A stretch of DNA of 64,000 nucleotides from a virus. The position numbers and the translations under genes were made by a program. This document shows, in pieces, positions 16,364 through 24,720 of this stretch. The notes beneath the pieces are model-generated. The model searched no databases, was not told the origin of the DNA, and saw only the letters and a list, made by a program, of their open reading frames with translations. Position 1 is the stretch's first letter; every line of letters begins with the position of its first letter. The DNA is taken from positions 1 through 64,000 of the IMG/VR virus record IMGVR_UViG_3300022747_000001; one strand, 5' to 3'.

Positions 16364-16953
16364 GCTGGCACCGCCTCTGCGTCATGGCAGTTCTTGAAGG
16401 CGGCGATCGGTTGCAGCGACTTGGGCAGCTTGTAAAAGCCACGCGCTAGACCTTTGAAGAAGCACGCCATTGTGACTTGAACGTCATAGTCAGCACCGTG
16501 TGCTTTGGCGGTGTCATACGCGACATTGAGCGCAAAGCACAGCTCGCCTAGACGGGGCAACTTACCGTCAGGTGTCGCCCAGCGTGCGTTTTCCATCGTG
16601 CAAAGGCTGTGAACATCGGGCACCTCGATGCCGACTCGCATCAACTCTGCGGCGATGAAGGGGCCGTCAAAACCCATGTTGTGCGCTACCAGCAAGTCCG
16701 CCGTACTCATACGCTTGGCGATTTCTTCCGCGACGGCGTTCCACTTTGGTTCGCCAATCAGGTCGGTGTAGCTGATGCCATGAACCGCTTGGGCCATCGG
16801 GTCGATAGCACGCTCGGGGTCAATGCGAATCACATAGCGATCCACCAGCGCTTGAGTCTCCAGCTCGTAGGTGAGCATGGCGATCTCGATGATTCGGTGC
16901 CCCTTCTCTTGCTCCAGGCCCGTAGTCTCTGTGTCGAGTCCGATGATTTTCAT
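16360..16953 (-). CDS. DnaQ/ExoX-like DEDDh 3'-5' exonuclease, 197 aa
   Basis: Exo I GLDTETTG, Exo II VAHNMGFDGPF, Exo III HGADYDV. Confidence 0.85.
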   Translation of the reverse strand: MKIIGLDTETTGLEQEKGHRIIEIAMLTYELETQALVDRYVIRIDPERAIDPMAQAVHGISYTDLIGEPKWNAVAEEIAKRMSTADLLVAHNMGFDGPFIAAELMRVGIEVPDVHSLCTMENARWATPDGKLPRLGELCFALNVAYDTAKAHGADYDVQVTMACFFKGLARGFYKLPKSLQPIAAFKNCHDAEAVPA

Positions 16954-17135
16954 TCTTGCTCCTTCTCTGGCGCGACGCGCCGTCCTTCGATCGCCCAGAA
17001 GTAGTCGCACTTGCCACTGTCATTGGGCGTGAAGTTCGAATACGACTGCCACATATCATTGGCGACCGCGCGGTGGCGATAGCACTCGTTTTTGCTTGGG
17101 CATTGCCCTCCGTGACACATTGCGATGTCCGCCAT
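16950..17135 (-). CDS. small Cys-rich protein, 61 aa
   Basis: CHGGQCPSKNECYRH...C pattern. ATGA overlap downstream. Confidence 0.5.
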   Translation of the reverse strand: MADIAMCHGGQCPSKNECYRHRAVANDMWQSYSNFTPNDSGKCDYFWAIEGRRVAPEKEQE

Positions 17136-17150
17136 AGCGCCTCCTTTACT

Positions 17151-17174
17151 TCACTGCTGACTGATGCAATTTTA
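17151..17174 (-). promoter_or_regulatory. -10 TAAAAT followed by operator copy
   Basis: Minus strand reads TAAAATTGCATCAGTCAGCAGTGA, then RBS AAAGGAGG and the start at 17135. Confidence 0.45.
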
Positions 17175-17231
17175 GCAAGCGCGGGGCGGGGTTTTACTGG
17201 ATCGCTGACCGCCTCACGCACTTGCCCTGCA

Positions 17232-18422
17232 TCACGCAAATTCAGTCGTTTCGCCTTTGCGCAGCAGGTACGCCTCACTCACGCTCTTGGCGACCTTTCG
17301 ACCGTAGGAAGGGTGATAACCGCCGTCAATGGACTTAACCACCACACCCTCACGAATCTGGCTGATGACGTTTCGCGTCACGGCCGGCTGCACCACGGTG
17401 TTGCCATCGGTGTGTTCGAGGACGACAGCCTTGCTGAACGGGCCAACGTAAAGCACTGGCACGATCGGCACATCCATCACCTGCGCCGTGTTGACGAATT
17501 CCTCGAAGCTGAACCACTGCTCATGGCCTCGAGTGCCACACACCACGTCGAACATCCGAAAGCCGAGCGTTTCGCCGTCGTACACCAAGTCCTGAACGCC
17601 TGCGCCACTGGCGGTACGCCCGTAGACCTCGCCAACGATGAAGTAAGGCATGTCCATTTCGTTGGCTGCCTCACCGAAGAACGCCAGCGCCTTCTCGAAC
17701 AGTCCATGCTTGATTGCTGCCTGCACGTACAGGTTGTCGGTGTCGGTGTAGTCAAGGACAAAGCCTTGACGACCCATGCCCTTGCTGGAGATGGTCACGC
17801 GCCCTTTGTAGTAGCGATCGTTGGCCATGCTCTCTGGCACAACGCCAATCTGCATCAGCGTGCCGTGAATCTTTTCCGTGATGACGACCTCCTCACCCTC
17901 GGTGAACAGATCAGGCTTCTTTTTGATGTTGTCGAAGTCGTAACCCAGTGTGGCCGCCAGATCGACGCCTGCGATCTTGCCCGCCATGTGCGAAGGAACG
18001 GACGGTTCGTACTTGACGATGCCCAGGCAGCTCGCTGCGTCACCGCCAATCGCGACGATGCCCGCACCTTGGTTACCCTCATGCGGCTCAGAGATCACCA
18101 GCACCTCGGTGGGGCTGTATAGCTGCACCGGAAGAAGCAGACCTTGTGACAGCACGCCTCGCAGCTTGATCGCCTTGACACGGTTGCCAGCAGCGCCAGC
18201 AAGACCGCCTTTGTTGCGTGTGGCGTCCCACAGGTTCATCTCCTCGAGCAGCCATTGAGGAACGATCGCTTGCTCGGGGATGTAGACGCCGAAATCGGTG
18301 CTGAAGAACTGGCCCTTCTTGACGATGCACTGAAAGTCACCCACTTGCGCGATTTCGATGGCATCTGCGTTGGGGTGAGGCACGATCGTCACGCGGACGA
18401 CTGGGCAGCTGAATTCGCTCAT
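17232..18422 (-). CDS. RNA ligase (Rnl2/DRB0094-like nucleotidyltransferase), 396 aa
   Basis: Start set at MSEFSCP (RBS GGAAGGAAG). Motif I EKIHGT, as in T4 Rnl2. N-terminal OB-like segment. Confidence 0.65.
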   Translation of the reverse strand: MSEFSCPVVRVTIVPHPNADAIEIAQVGDFQCIVKKGQFFSTDFGVYIPEQAIVPQWLLEEMNLWDATRNKGGLAGAAGNRVKAIKLRGVLSQGLLLPVQLYSPTEVLVISEPHEGNQGAGIVAIGGDAASCLGIVKYEPSVPSHMAGKIAGVDLAATLGYDFDNIKKKPDLFTEGEEVVITEKIHGTLMQIGVVPESMANDRYYKGRVTISSKGMGRQGFVLDYTDTDNLYVQAAIKHGLFEKALAFFGEAANEMDMPYFIVGEVYGRTASGAGVQDLVYDGETLGFRMFDVVCGTRGHEQWFSFEEFVNTAQVMDVPIVPVLYVGPFSKAVVLEHTDGNTVVQPAVTRNVISQIREGVVVKSIDGGYHPSYGRKVAKSVSEAYLLRKGETTEFA

Positions 18423-18568
18423 TTGTTTCTTCCTTCCAACTGTTGTTTCTTGCGCTCCAGCTCTTTCATGTGAGCCGTGAGTTCGCTCCACTTCTTCTCG
18501 GTGTGGAGCTTGTGTGCGTGTGAGCCAGGTGCCAGAAGAACGCCCTGGAAGATGATTCCGCCTCTCAT
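18419..18568 (-). CDS. micro-ORF, 49 aa (not in ORF track)
   Basis: Hand translation: MRGGIIFQGVLLAPGSHAHKLHTEKKWSELTAHMKELERKKQQLEGRNK. ATGA overlaps at both ends. Confidence 0.4.
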   Translation of the reverse strand: MRGGIIFQGVLLAPGSHAHKLHTEKKWSELTAHMKELERKKQQLEGRNK

Positions 18569-18843
18569 GACACGAGCGGCACGACTGAATTGGCGAACAT
18601 CACCGACTGCTGGCGACCGGAGTCCCCTGCCCGCTTGCCGCTGCGGTGAATGAGCTTCTTTTTCTCCAGCGCTGCGTACCGCGCCGTGACCGATGAGTAG
18701 GCAAGCGAGGGGAAGTGCGAACGCACCTCATCCGAAATGCAACCTCGAACCCCGTAGGCTTCGATCACCTTGAGCACTTCTGCCTCGAGGTGGGTTGGAC
18801 TGATTGACCGCAGGGCGGCCATTGAGGTGGACACAGATGGCAT
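18565..18843 (-). CDS. winged-helix DNA-binding protein (MarR-like), 92 aa
   Basis: EAEVLKVIEAYGVRGCISDEVRSHF...SSVTARYAALEKKKLI resembles a wHTH recognition unit. Confidence 0.45.
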   Translation of the reverse strand: MPSVSTSMAALRSISPTHLEAEVLKVIEAYGVRGCISDEVRSHFPSLAYSSVTARYAALEKKKLIHRSGKRAGDSGRQQSVMFANSVVPLVS

Positions 18844-18857
18844 AGAAGCTCCTTACT

Positions 18858-18871
18858 TCAGTGATGACTTA
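18858..18871 (-). promoter_or_regulatory. operator-like motif copy
   Basis: Plus tcagtgatgactta. Its TAA is the stop of 18869-19393. The junction is only 25 nt and has no promoter. Confidence 0.5.
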
Positions 18872-19393
18872 TGCGTTTGCGACGGCGGAACCGTCCTTTG
18901 GCCAACCCAGAGTCACAAGGTCAGCCACGATGTTGGAGATTGCCGGCAGGTACTGCGATTTGACCTCCGGCTCTGGGAGGTACTTGATGAATTCGGGGAG
19001 ACGTTCACGAGCCATTTTGTCGGTCGTGCAGGACTCGATGGCGCCTTTGAGCTTGGCTTGCATGTCATTCAAGCGCTCATCCTGGGCTTGGCTCAGTTGC
19101 ATAATTGCATCGAGCTTTTCCTCGACCTCTTTGGTCATGTAGCCACCGTTGTGACCGCCGTAGACCGTCACGCTGCCGAAGTTGCCCTTGTGGTAGCCAA
19201 ACCAGTGACTCGTCGTGTCGAGGTAGTGGCACAGCTTCTTGTCGGCTGCGATGGCTTGAATTTGGGGTGGCAGGATCGCGATAGCGGCATCCTTGACGAG
19301 CTTGTGCGCCTGCTCCTCGTAGTTGACGGTGGGAACGTCGTGCATAACCGCCGTGACGAATGCCTGGCGTTGATATTTGGTTAAACGGGCCAT
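18869..19393 (-). CDS. hypothetical protein, 174 aa
   Basis: ORF track. RBS AAGGAGG. Confidence 0.6.
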   Translation of the reverse strand: MARLTKYQRQAFVTAVMHDVPTVNYEEQAHKLVKDAAIAILPPQIQAIAADKKLCHYLDTTSHWFGYHKGNFGSVTVYGGHNGGYMTKEVEEKLDAIMQLSQAQDERLNDMQAKLKGAIESCTTDKMARERLPEFIKYLPEPEVKSQYLPAISNIVADLVTLGWPKDGSAVANA

Positions 19394-19412
19394 TTGATTT
19401 CCTCCTTGTAAG

Positions 19413-19436
19413 TCATAAGCGACTGATTGCAGTGTA
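19413..19436 (-). promoter_or_regulatory. -10 TACACT followed by operator variant
   Basis: Minus strand reads CTACACTGCAATCAGTCGCTTATGA. Confidence 0.45.
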
Positions 19437-19481
19437 GCAACCGATTTGCGGGGTTTTACCTGTCCGCGCAGGGGATGTGCA

Positions 19482-19643
19482 TCAGGACTTCAAGTCTCCT
19501 GACTCTGAGACAATCCGACTGATGTACGCATCGAGCCAGAGTTGCCCCATTGGACTTTCCAGGTCGTAGGGGCAGGCGCTCTTCTCGCGTCTGTCGTCAG
19601 CGGCTTTTTCAGCGTGGCGTTTGATGTTCTCATGGGAATACAT
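19482..19643 (-). CDS. hypothetical protein, 53 aa
   Basis: Track ORF trimmed to MYSHEN to avoid a 97-nt overlap. Weak RBS. Confidence 0.35.
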   Translation of the reverse strand: MYSHENIKRHAEKAADDRREKSACPYDLESPMGQLWLDAYISRIVSESGDLKS

Positions 19644-19657
19644 AGGCGTTAGGTTGT

Positions 19658-19915
19658 TCAGTAGTGACTGAAACCATAGTACGCCAAGATCGAGCTGAAA
19701 GTGTGAAATTTCGTCTCGCTCCAGTGCAAAAGACCGGCAGTGTAGATTCCGCACGACGCCAGCTCCACCGTGATGAGCGCCCTATCCTGCGACTGCATAC
19801 CGACCATCGCCCAGATGCCACCGCCGATCGCCCCGAAGACCAGATTGACCGGATAGACGTTGGCAGCGGTCAGCAGCATGCCGATCAGGTACATCACAGT
19901 GCCAGACCACTTCAT
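19658..19915 (-). CDS. 3-TM membrane protein, 85 aa
   Basis: Three hydrophobic helices; family not recognised. Confidence 0.55.
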   Translation of the reverse strand: MKWSGTVMYLIGMLLTAANVYPVNLVFGAIGGGIWAMVGMQSQDRALITVELASCGIYTAGLLHWSETKFHTFSSILAYYGFSHY

Positions 19916-19916
19916 G

Positions 19917-20147
19917 TCACGCCTTTTCGCCGAAGATCGCGCCGATCGCAGTCTTGAAGCCGAACTCGTCCTTCACCTTGATGACGCTCACGCGATTGAC
20001 GATCAAGTCCTCTTCCATTGTGTGCGTGACCAGCTCCCGACTCGGCCCGCCTTCCAGCGAGTGCGAGACGGAGAAGGTGTCGCCCTTGAGCAGACGGATT
20101 GGCATAACGTCAATGTTTTTGGTTTCGACGACTTCCACGCTCACCAC
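19917..20147 (-). CDS. hypothetical protein, 76 aa
   Basis: ORF track. Confidence 0.45.
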   Translation of the reverse strand: MVSVEVVETKNIDVMPIRLLKGDTFSVSHSLEGGPSRELVTHTMEEDLIVNRVSVIKVKDEFGFKTAIGAIFGEKA

Positions 20148-20542
20148 AAATCCTCCGAGAACAGCTCGGGGCCTTGATAGTGGCCTGGCCCTGGACGACG
20201 ATTGAGCTGGCCCGTCATCTGAGCCACCACAAACGCCTGCTTGCGGTTCAAAAACACGCCGTTTGCGTCCAAAAAGCCCTGCACCTCTTGCCCGTGCGTC
20301 CCGCCAATCATTCCGATGACATCGTGGTGACGATTTGGGGCTGGAAGCGAATAGACCTTCTTGCCGTCTTTCAGGGCGACGTGGGTGATCTGCTGGGGGT
20401 TTTCCAGCGCTTCAGTCAGCGGATCAGGCTGCTCCACCTTCTTCTTGGCGAAGACGGTGCCGTAGTTCGATCGAAAGGCTTCGCTGGCCGCTTTCGTGGC
20501 CAGGCGGTCGCCCGTAATCTCATTGCTTGTGGTGTTGTCCAT
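20141..20542 (-). CDS. hypothetical protein, 133 aa
   Basis: ORF track. Confidence 0.55.
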   Translation of the reverse strand: MDNTTSNEITGDRLATKAASEAFRSNYGTVFAKKKVEQPDPLTEALENPQQITHVALKDGKKVYSLPAPNRHHDVIGMIGGTHGQEVQGFLDANGVFLNRKQAFVVAQMTGQLNRRPGPGHYQGPELFSEDLW

Positions 20543-20591
20543 GCTTTGTATAAGGATGATGAAAAATTGCTAAAAAACTTGGCCTGGATTT

Positions 20592-20852
20592 TCAGTTTTT
20601 CCGAGCCAGCAAGACCGTGCATTGATTGGTGATGTGGCTACCCAGTCCGGTTGCGCACGCGGTGGCAACGGGGTCAGAGGACTTGGCCAAGATGCGGTCG
20701 CTTTCCAGCGAGTTGCTGCCAAGAATCGCAACCAGCACCACGATGCCTGTTGCCACGATCGACCAGACCACCAGCCAAAAGGCGTTCTCGCTGATCTCGA
20801 GGCGGTGGGTGACGGTCACGTCTGTCTTCAGGTTCAATTCTTTATCTGCCAT
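20592..20852 (-). CDS. membrane protein, 86 aa
   Basis: Start set at MADKELN (RBS GAGGAGAAA). One TM helix. Confidence 0.5.
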   Translation of the reverse strand: MADKELNLKTDVTVTHRLEISENAFWLVVWSIVATGIVVLVAILGSNSLESDRILAKSSDPVATACATGLGSHITNQCTVLLARKN

Positions 20853-20853
20853 A

Positions 20854-21066
20854 TTATTTCTCCTCGCAAAGCCGTTGTGCTTCGCCAATGATGTGAATGA
20901 AATCGGGGTCGGTCACAAGACCGGATACGGCCATGAACAGCACATCGACGCCGGTCGAGAACTGCGCTGGCGTGATCTTTTTGTGCGTGACCGCCATCGT
21001 GAGGTAACTCAAGGCCTCATACGCCTTGCGGTTCACCTCGTCTTGAAGGATGGGGACGCCAGACAT
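20854..21066 (-). CDS. hypothetical protein, 70 aa
   Basis: ORF track. Confidence 0.45.
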   Translation of the reverse strand: MSGVPILQDEVNRKAYEALSYLTMAVTHKKITPAQFSTGVDVLFMAVSGLVTDPDFIHIIGEAQRLCEEK

Positions 21067-21067
21067 A

Positions 21068-21379
21068 TCACGCAGTCAAAGGACGTACATGAATGGTGCG
21101 AGCCGATGGGTAGCGGCGCGTCTTGTAGTTGCCGTTACCAAAGCGCAACGCCATGTGTGTGCACACCGAACTATGAGCCTGTTTCATGGTCATACCTTTG
21201 GGCACTGAAATGATGAAGGAGCCTTGACCGTCGTAGTCCTTCATTTGGTTCTTGATCCAGTAGCTGTTGCCTTTGATGCGCTTGGGCGTGCGAGCTTTGG
21301 CCGCTATCGGCTGTGCTGCCACAGGCGGCTGACCAAACAAGTGCTGGAAGGTTTTGGTGAAGAATGACTTCAGGGACAT
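21068..21379 (-). CDS. hypothetical protein, 103 aa, basic
   Basis: Start set at MSLKSFF (RBS AAGGAGAAC). Confidence 0.45.
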   Translation of the reverse strand: MSLKSFFTKTFQHLFGQPPVAAQPIAAKARTPKRIKGNSYWIKNQMKDYDGQGSFIISVPKGMTMKQAHSSVCTHMALRFGNGNYKTRRYPSARTIHVRPLTA

Positions 21380-21435
21380 TGATGGGTTCTCCTTATGAGC
21401 ATCGCGATACTTGCGATATGTGAATTCTAGCGAGT

Positions 21436-21466
21436 AAGTCACGGGCTTTGCAGTCACCCGTGACTT
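21436..21466. promoter_or_regulatory. 10-bp palindrome built from two opposed operator half-sites
   Basis: aagtcacggg (21436-21445) and cccgtgactt (21457-21466). The inner site agtcacccgtgact (21452-21465) is a perfect AGTCA-N4-TGACT. Confidence 0.5.
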
Positions 21467-21471
21467 TGCCC

Positions 21472-22107
21472 TCAGTGAATGAGAACACGCCCTGCGCGGT
21501 TGGCGTCGGCGTATTCGGCGTTGACACGCTCTCGTGAGCGGCTCACCGATGCTTGGAGTGCCTGATGGCGTTTTTCCAAGTCGAGTACATGACGGGGCAT
21601 GTAGTAGTTGTGGCAGGTCAGGCGTTCATCGACTGTCAAGCCGAACATCAGGCTGTTCAGATGCTCGATGTAGGCCACGTTCATGGCCGCTTTACCCTCT
21701 TCTGCCACCAGTTGAATGCCTGGCTGCACCAGCAGAACCACTCCGAAGCGCCGGTTCGTCGTCTCAAAGCAGGCGTTGACGTACTGAGCCACACGCACTT
21801 GGCACTCTGGAGGCACCCGATCACCGATTGCATCGGCCATCAGGTACGCTGCCATGTCCAGCGGTGTGCGGTCAGTGATGAAGTCTGTGCCTGCGTGCTC
21901 GGCGTACTTGGCATCGACACGCTTCAACACCTCTTCCTGAATCGTCAGGCGGGTGTCGAAGTCGTAAGTCACTGCCGCGTCATAGCCCAAGTCACGAAAG
22001 ATGGCGCTGACCGAGGTTTCAAGGAACTTGATACCGCTTTTCTCTGCATACAGACGGGCCAGTGTTGTCTTGCCTGTCCGGTGCGCTCCGACCAATCCAA
22101 TCGCCAT
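21472..22107 (-). CDS. P-loop NTPase/kinase (AAA_28, NadR-kinase-like), 211 aa
   Basis: Walker A GAHRTGKTT at residues 7-15. A DRTPLD segment. Size and layout fit small-molecule or polynucleotide kinases. Confidence 0.7.
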   Translation of the reverse strand: MAIGLVGAHRTGKTTLARLYAEKSGIKFLETSVSAIFRDLGYDAAVTYDFDTRLTIQEEVLKRVDAKYAEHAGTDFITDRTPLDMAAYLMADAIGDRVPPECQVRVAQYVNACFETTNRRFGVVLLVQPGIQLVAEEGKAAMNVAYIEHLNSLMFGLTVDERLTCHNYYMPRHVLDLEKRHQALQASVSRSRERVNAEYADANRAGRVLIH

Positions 22108-22361
22108 CAGCAGCCTTCCTTCTTGCGACGCTCGTCCGAGCAGCGCGATGAAGGGGCCACCACAGCCGCACCCCCTGCCCGACCCGTGTAATGGGACTCG
22201 GACGGGGTGGCGGTGTAGTGCGATGACCCTGCGTGACCGCTACTGGAGTGACCACTGCTGGCATGACCCCCACCACCTCCATGACCCCCACCTCCACCAC
22301 CACCTTTTGCAAAGGCGCCGATGGCGATGAGTGCCAATATGAAGATGATGAGGTATTTCAT
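22107..22361 (-). CDS. secreted Gly/His/Ser-rich peptide, 84 aa
   Basis: Signal peptide MKYLIIFILALIAIGAFA, then GGGGGGGHGGGGGHASSGHSSSGH. Confidence 0.5.
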   Translation of the reverse strand: MKYLIIFILALIAIGAFAKGGGGGGGHGGGGGHASSGHSSSGHAGSSHYTATPSESHYTGRAGGAAVVAPSSRCSDERRKKEGC

Positions 22362-22972
22362 GCCTGGCCTTCCAAGACCTTGCGCTCGGCGTCCAGATCG
22401 CGGTTCAGGGTGCCTTCCGCGTTGAACGTCTGACCCTTGTTGCGAAGCTCCAGCTTTTTGATGTTCTTGGCACGCTCCACATCCTCATCGGTGCCAGCCG
22501 CATCGTGACCGAGCGCCTGATACCAGCTGATGTCGCCACCGATCTCCTCGCCCCAGTTCACGGTGTCAAAAGCCTTGCCTTCCAACTGGTCGCGAATGAG
22601 TTCAAGCGCCTCACCTGCTTCCGAGAAGATACCGAGCGCAGCGTGTGCCAGGCGCAGGTTCAGGTTCTTGGGGTCGATGTTGCGGGCTGCTTCTGGAAGT
22701 GCGCCGTAGTTCCCCTTGTCATTCTTGGTGGCAAGGTGGTCGGACATTTCGTACAGCAGTTGGCCAAAGCCTGCCAGGTCTTGAGCGAGGATTCGCATAC
22801 CAGCACCGTCAAGGGGCTTGCCATAGAACATGGTGCGCTTGGTCTGGTTGACGATCTCGGCCATCGTGATCGAGGCGCACAGAACGATGTGCAGGCCGAT
22901 CTCGCCGAAGTTCAGTTCAGCAGGCTTGCTCTCGGTCAGGAGAGCGCGTTGTTGGTACTCTTTGAAGTTCAT
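22358..22972 (-). CDS. mazG: MazG-like nucleotide pyrophosphohydrolase, 204 aa
   Basis: Start set at MNFKEYQ. EAGEALELIRDQ...EEIGDISWY resembles the MazG EExxE/D metal motif. Confidence 0.7.
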   Translation of the reverse strand: MNFKEYQQRALLTESKPAELNFGEIGLHIVLCASITMAEIVNQTKRTMFYGKPLDGAGMRILAQDLAGFGQLLYEMSDHLATKNDKGNYGALPEAARNIDPKNLNLRLAHAALGIFSEAGEALELIRDQLEGKAFDTVNWGEEIGGDISWYQALGHDAAGTDEDVERAKNIKKLELRNKGQTFNAEGTLNRDLDAERKVLEGQA

Positions 22973-22979
22973 GATGTCC

Positions 22980-23201
22980 TTACGCGTTGATGAGGTTTTC
23001 GAGCTTCTTGCGAACCTCGATGGCGGCGTCACGCTCACTGAGCGCAGCAGATGCGGCAACATTGGCGTTGCGAGCCACGTTGACGTGGTAGTCAGCTTCA
23101 GCCTCCTGAACCTGCTCAACCTCAGTGAGATCGGCGATGGTTTTATGGAAGCCGGCCATCACGGATGCGACGGTCTTTTTGGGTTTGAATGCTTGGAACA
23201 T
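22980..23201 (-). CDS. hypothetical protein, 73 aa
   Basis: ORF track. Confidence 0.45.
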   Translation of the reverse strand: MFQAFKPKKTVASVMAGFHKTIADLTEVEQVQEAEADYHVNVARNANVAASAALSERDAAIEVRKKLENLINA

Positions 23202-23216
23202 AGTCCTCCGGTTAGG

Positions 23217-23236
23217 TCATTGGTGATTGAAGTGTA
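23217..23236 (-). promoter_or_regulatory. -10 TACACT followed by operator variant
   Basis: Minus strand reads CTACACTTCAATCACCAATGA. Confidence 0.4.
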
Positions 23237-23240
23237 GCGA

Positions 23241-24071
23241 TCAGAGCGCGGGATTGAAGGTCGCTTCGACCAACTGCCGGTGTTGCATCCAACCTCGGAA
23301 GTTGCCTGACCACATATCGCCTGTCGCCATTGGGGTGGCTTGATGCTCGATCGGAGAGGCATGCAGGGGCACACCACCCACCAGTCGGTCATACAGCGCC
23401 AAGTCCTTGTCGATGTCGGGCTTCTGGCCGTCGTGGGTCAGGTAGGACACACGGGCGCAACGTGCTGCCGACAGCTTCAGGAGCAGTTCGGTGGGCAAGC
23501 TCAGTCGTTCTTCGGCCAGCACGTAAGGCAGGTGCCATTCGTCGGGGTCGATCCAGCGCGGGGTCGATTGGTCGATCGCTGCCTGCATCACCTTTGCCAG
23601 AACGAAAATCTCCGGCTGTGCATCGGGGTGCGCACGCAAAGCGAAGAAATTCTCCCACTCCGTTGCCGTCACGATGACGTGCATGTACTGGAACGGCTCG
23701 AGGATGCGGTTGGCCACCTGCTTGTGAAGACCACGCTTTTCCATGAACTCAGCGGTCGCCGCAGCTTCACGCGCTGCCTGCTGCCACGCACGCATCATGG
23801 TTTCAAGCTCTTGGCCTTCCATTTCCTCTTTGGCTTGCATGCCTGGCTGGTTCTTACCCCAGTGAATCGGCATAGCGGGGTCGGTGCGCACTTGTTCGAT
23901 CATCTTGGCCACAGGGATGGCACGAGACGACGACGCGTTGCGGCTGAAGACCCGATGGGTCATGAATTCGGCGTGGATGAACCGTGGGTAGCACAGTTGC
24001 ATCGTCGCCAGTTCAATGCCCGTGCTGGTGGAGCACGAGTATTCGATCATTTTGGCGGAGATAGTAGTCAT
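23241..24071 (-). CDS. thyX: FAD-dependent thymidylate synthase ThyX, 276 aa
   Basis: Start set at MTTISAK. ThyX signature THRVFSRNASSSRAIP (RHR-x7-S type). Confidence 0.85.
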   Translation of the reverse strand: MTTISAKMIEYSCSTSTGIELATMQLCYPRFIHAEFMTHRVFSRNASSSRAIPVAKMIEQVRTDPAMPIHWGKNQPGMQAKEEMEGQELETMMRAWQQAAREAAATAEFMEKRGLHKQVANRILEPFQYMHVIVTATEWENFFALRAHPDAQPEIFVLAKVMQAAIDQSTPRWIDPDEWHLPYVLAEERLSLPTELLLKLSAARCARVSYLTHDGQKPDIDKDLALYDRLVGGVPLHASPIEHQATPMATGDMWSGNFRGWMQHRQLVEATFNPAL

Positions 24072-24193
24072 TACTTCTTTCGAGACAGACGGACGATGAG
24101 CCAGGTGGCGGTGCCAGCACCAGCGATGAAGCCGATGATGGCAGCGCTCACCACCCACTCAGCGATGGATGAGAAGGTGATGGTGGCAATCAT
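24071..24193 (-). CDS. micro-ORF, 40 aa, single TM (not in ORF track)
   Basis: Hand translation: MIATITFSSIAEWVVSAAIIGFIAGAGTATWLIVRLSRKK. ATGA overlap upstream and TAATG overlap downstream. Confidence 0.4.
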   Translation of the reverse strand: MIATITFSSIAEWVVSAAIIGFIAGAGTATWLIVRLSRKK

Positions 24194-24696
24194 TTGCTGA
24201 TGGGCTTCAAGGGGTGAGGAAGGTTCACGTCACACGCTGCTGCCTGTGCCGAGTACGGAAGCTTGGCGAAGTCAGCTTCGATGTAGCAGCCAAGCGACGA
24301 GCTGGACGTGCTGCACCAGATGCGGTTCTTTTCCACTTCCTTGCCTGTCACCTTCATGATGCTGACCCAAGCCCAGCCGGAACCTTGAGGGCATGCAGCG
24401 TCAATCTGGTCATCGGTGTGCGGGAGAATCTTCCAGCCGGCATCAAAGCGAGGGTTCGCCGCAAAGTAGCTGGAGGCGTTGCGCGAGGCGTTGGCCAGGG
24501 CGGTTGAGCGTTGCTGCTCCAACAGGTCTTGCAGCTTGCGGTTCTTGTCCGCGTTGGCAAGGTTGATCTCGCGCTGCTGCTCAACGGACAACGGTGCGGG
24601 GTCTTTGCTGCACGCAGCCAGACCGCAACCGATGGCCAAGCCGACGATGATGGCGCTCACAGATGCGAAGCGATTGAATGAGAAAAGGCGTTTCAT
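24190..24696 (-). CDS. lipoprotein, 168 aa
   Basis: Signal peptide with lipobox GLAAC. Confidence 0.65.
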   Translation of the reverse strand: MKRLFSFNRFASVSAIIVGLAIGCGLAACSKDPAPLSVEQQREINLANADKNRKLQDLLEQQRSTALANASRNASSYFAANPRFDAGWKILPHTDDQIDAACPQGSGWAWVSIMKVTGKEVEKNRIWCSTSSSSLGCYIEADFAKLPYSAQAAACDVNLPHPLKPISK

Positions 24697-24720
24697 GGAG
24701 TTTCTCCTAGAGTTGAGGGA

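Noticed and set aside
16956-18122. Long plus-strand ORFs: 16956-18122, 26975-28114, 28151-29698, 41208-42662, 57803-58945, 61058-62251, 10126-10962, 38633-39577, 39574-40476, 53870-54688 and similar.
   Set aside because: Each lies antisense to a minus-strand gene with clear catalytic motifs (RNA ligase, RNR, DnaE, DnaB and others). Their products are Arg/Gly/Val/His-rich with no motifs and no RBS. Open antisense frames are expected at this GC content.
19658-19915. PnuC or SemiSWEET-type transporter assignment for the 85-aa 3-TM protein.
   Set aside because: It is too short for PnuC, and I found neither a PQ-loop motif nor the PnuC Trp/Asn signature. Left as a generic membrane protein.
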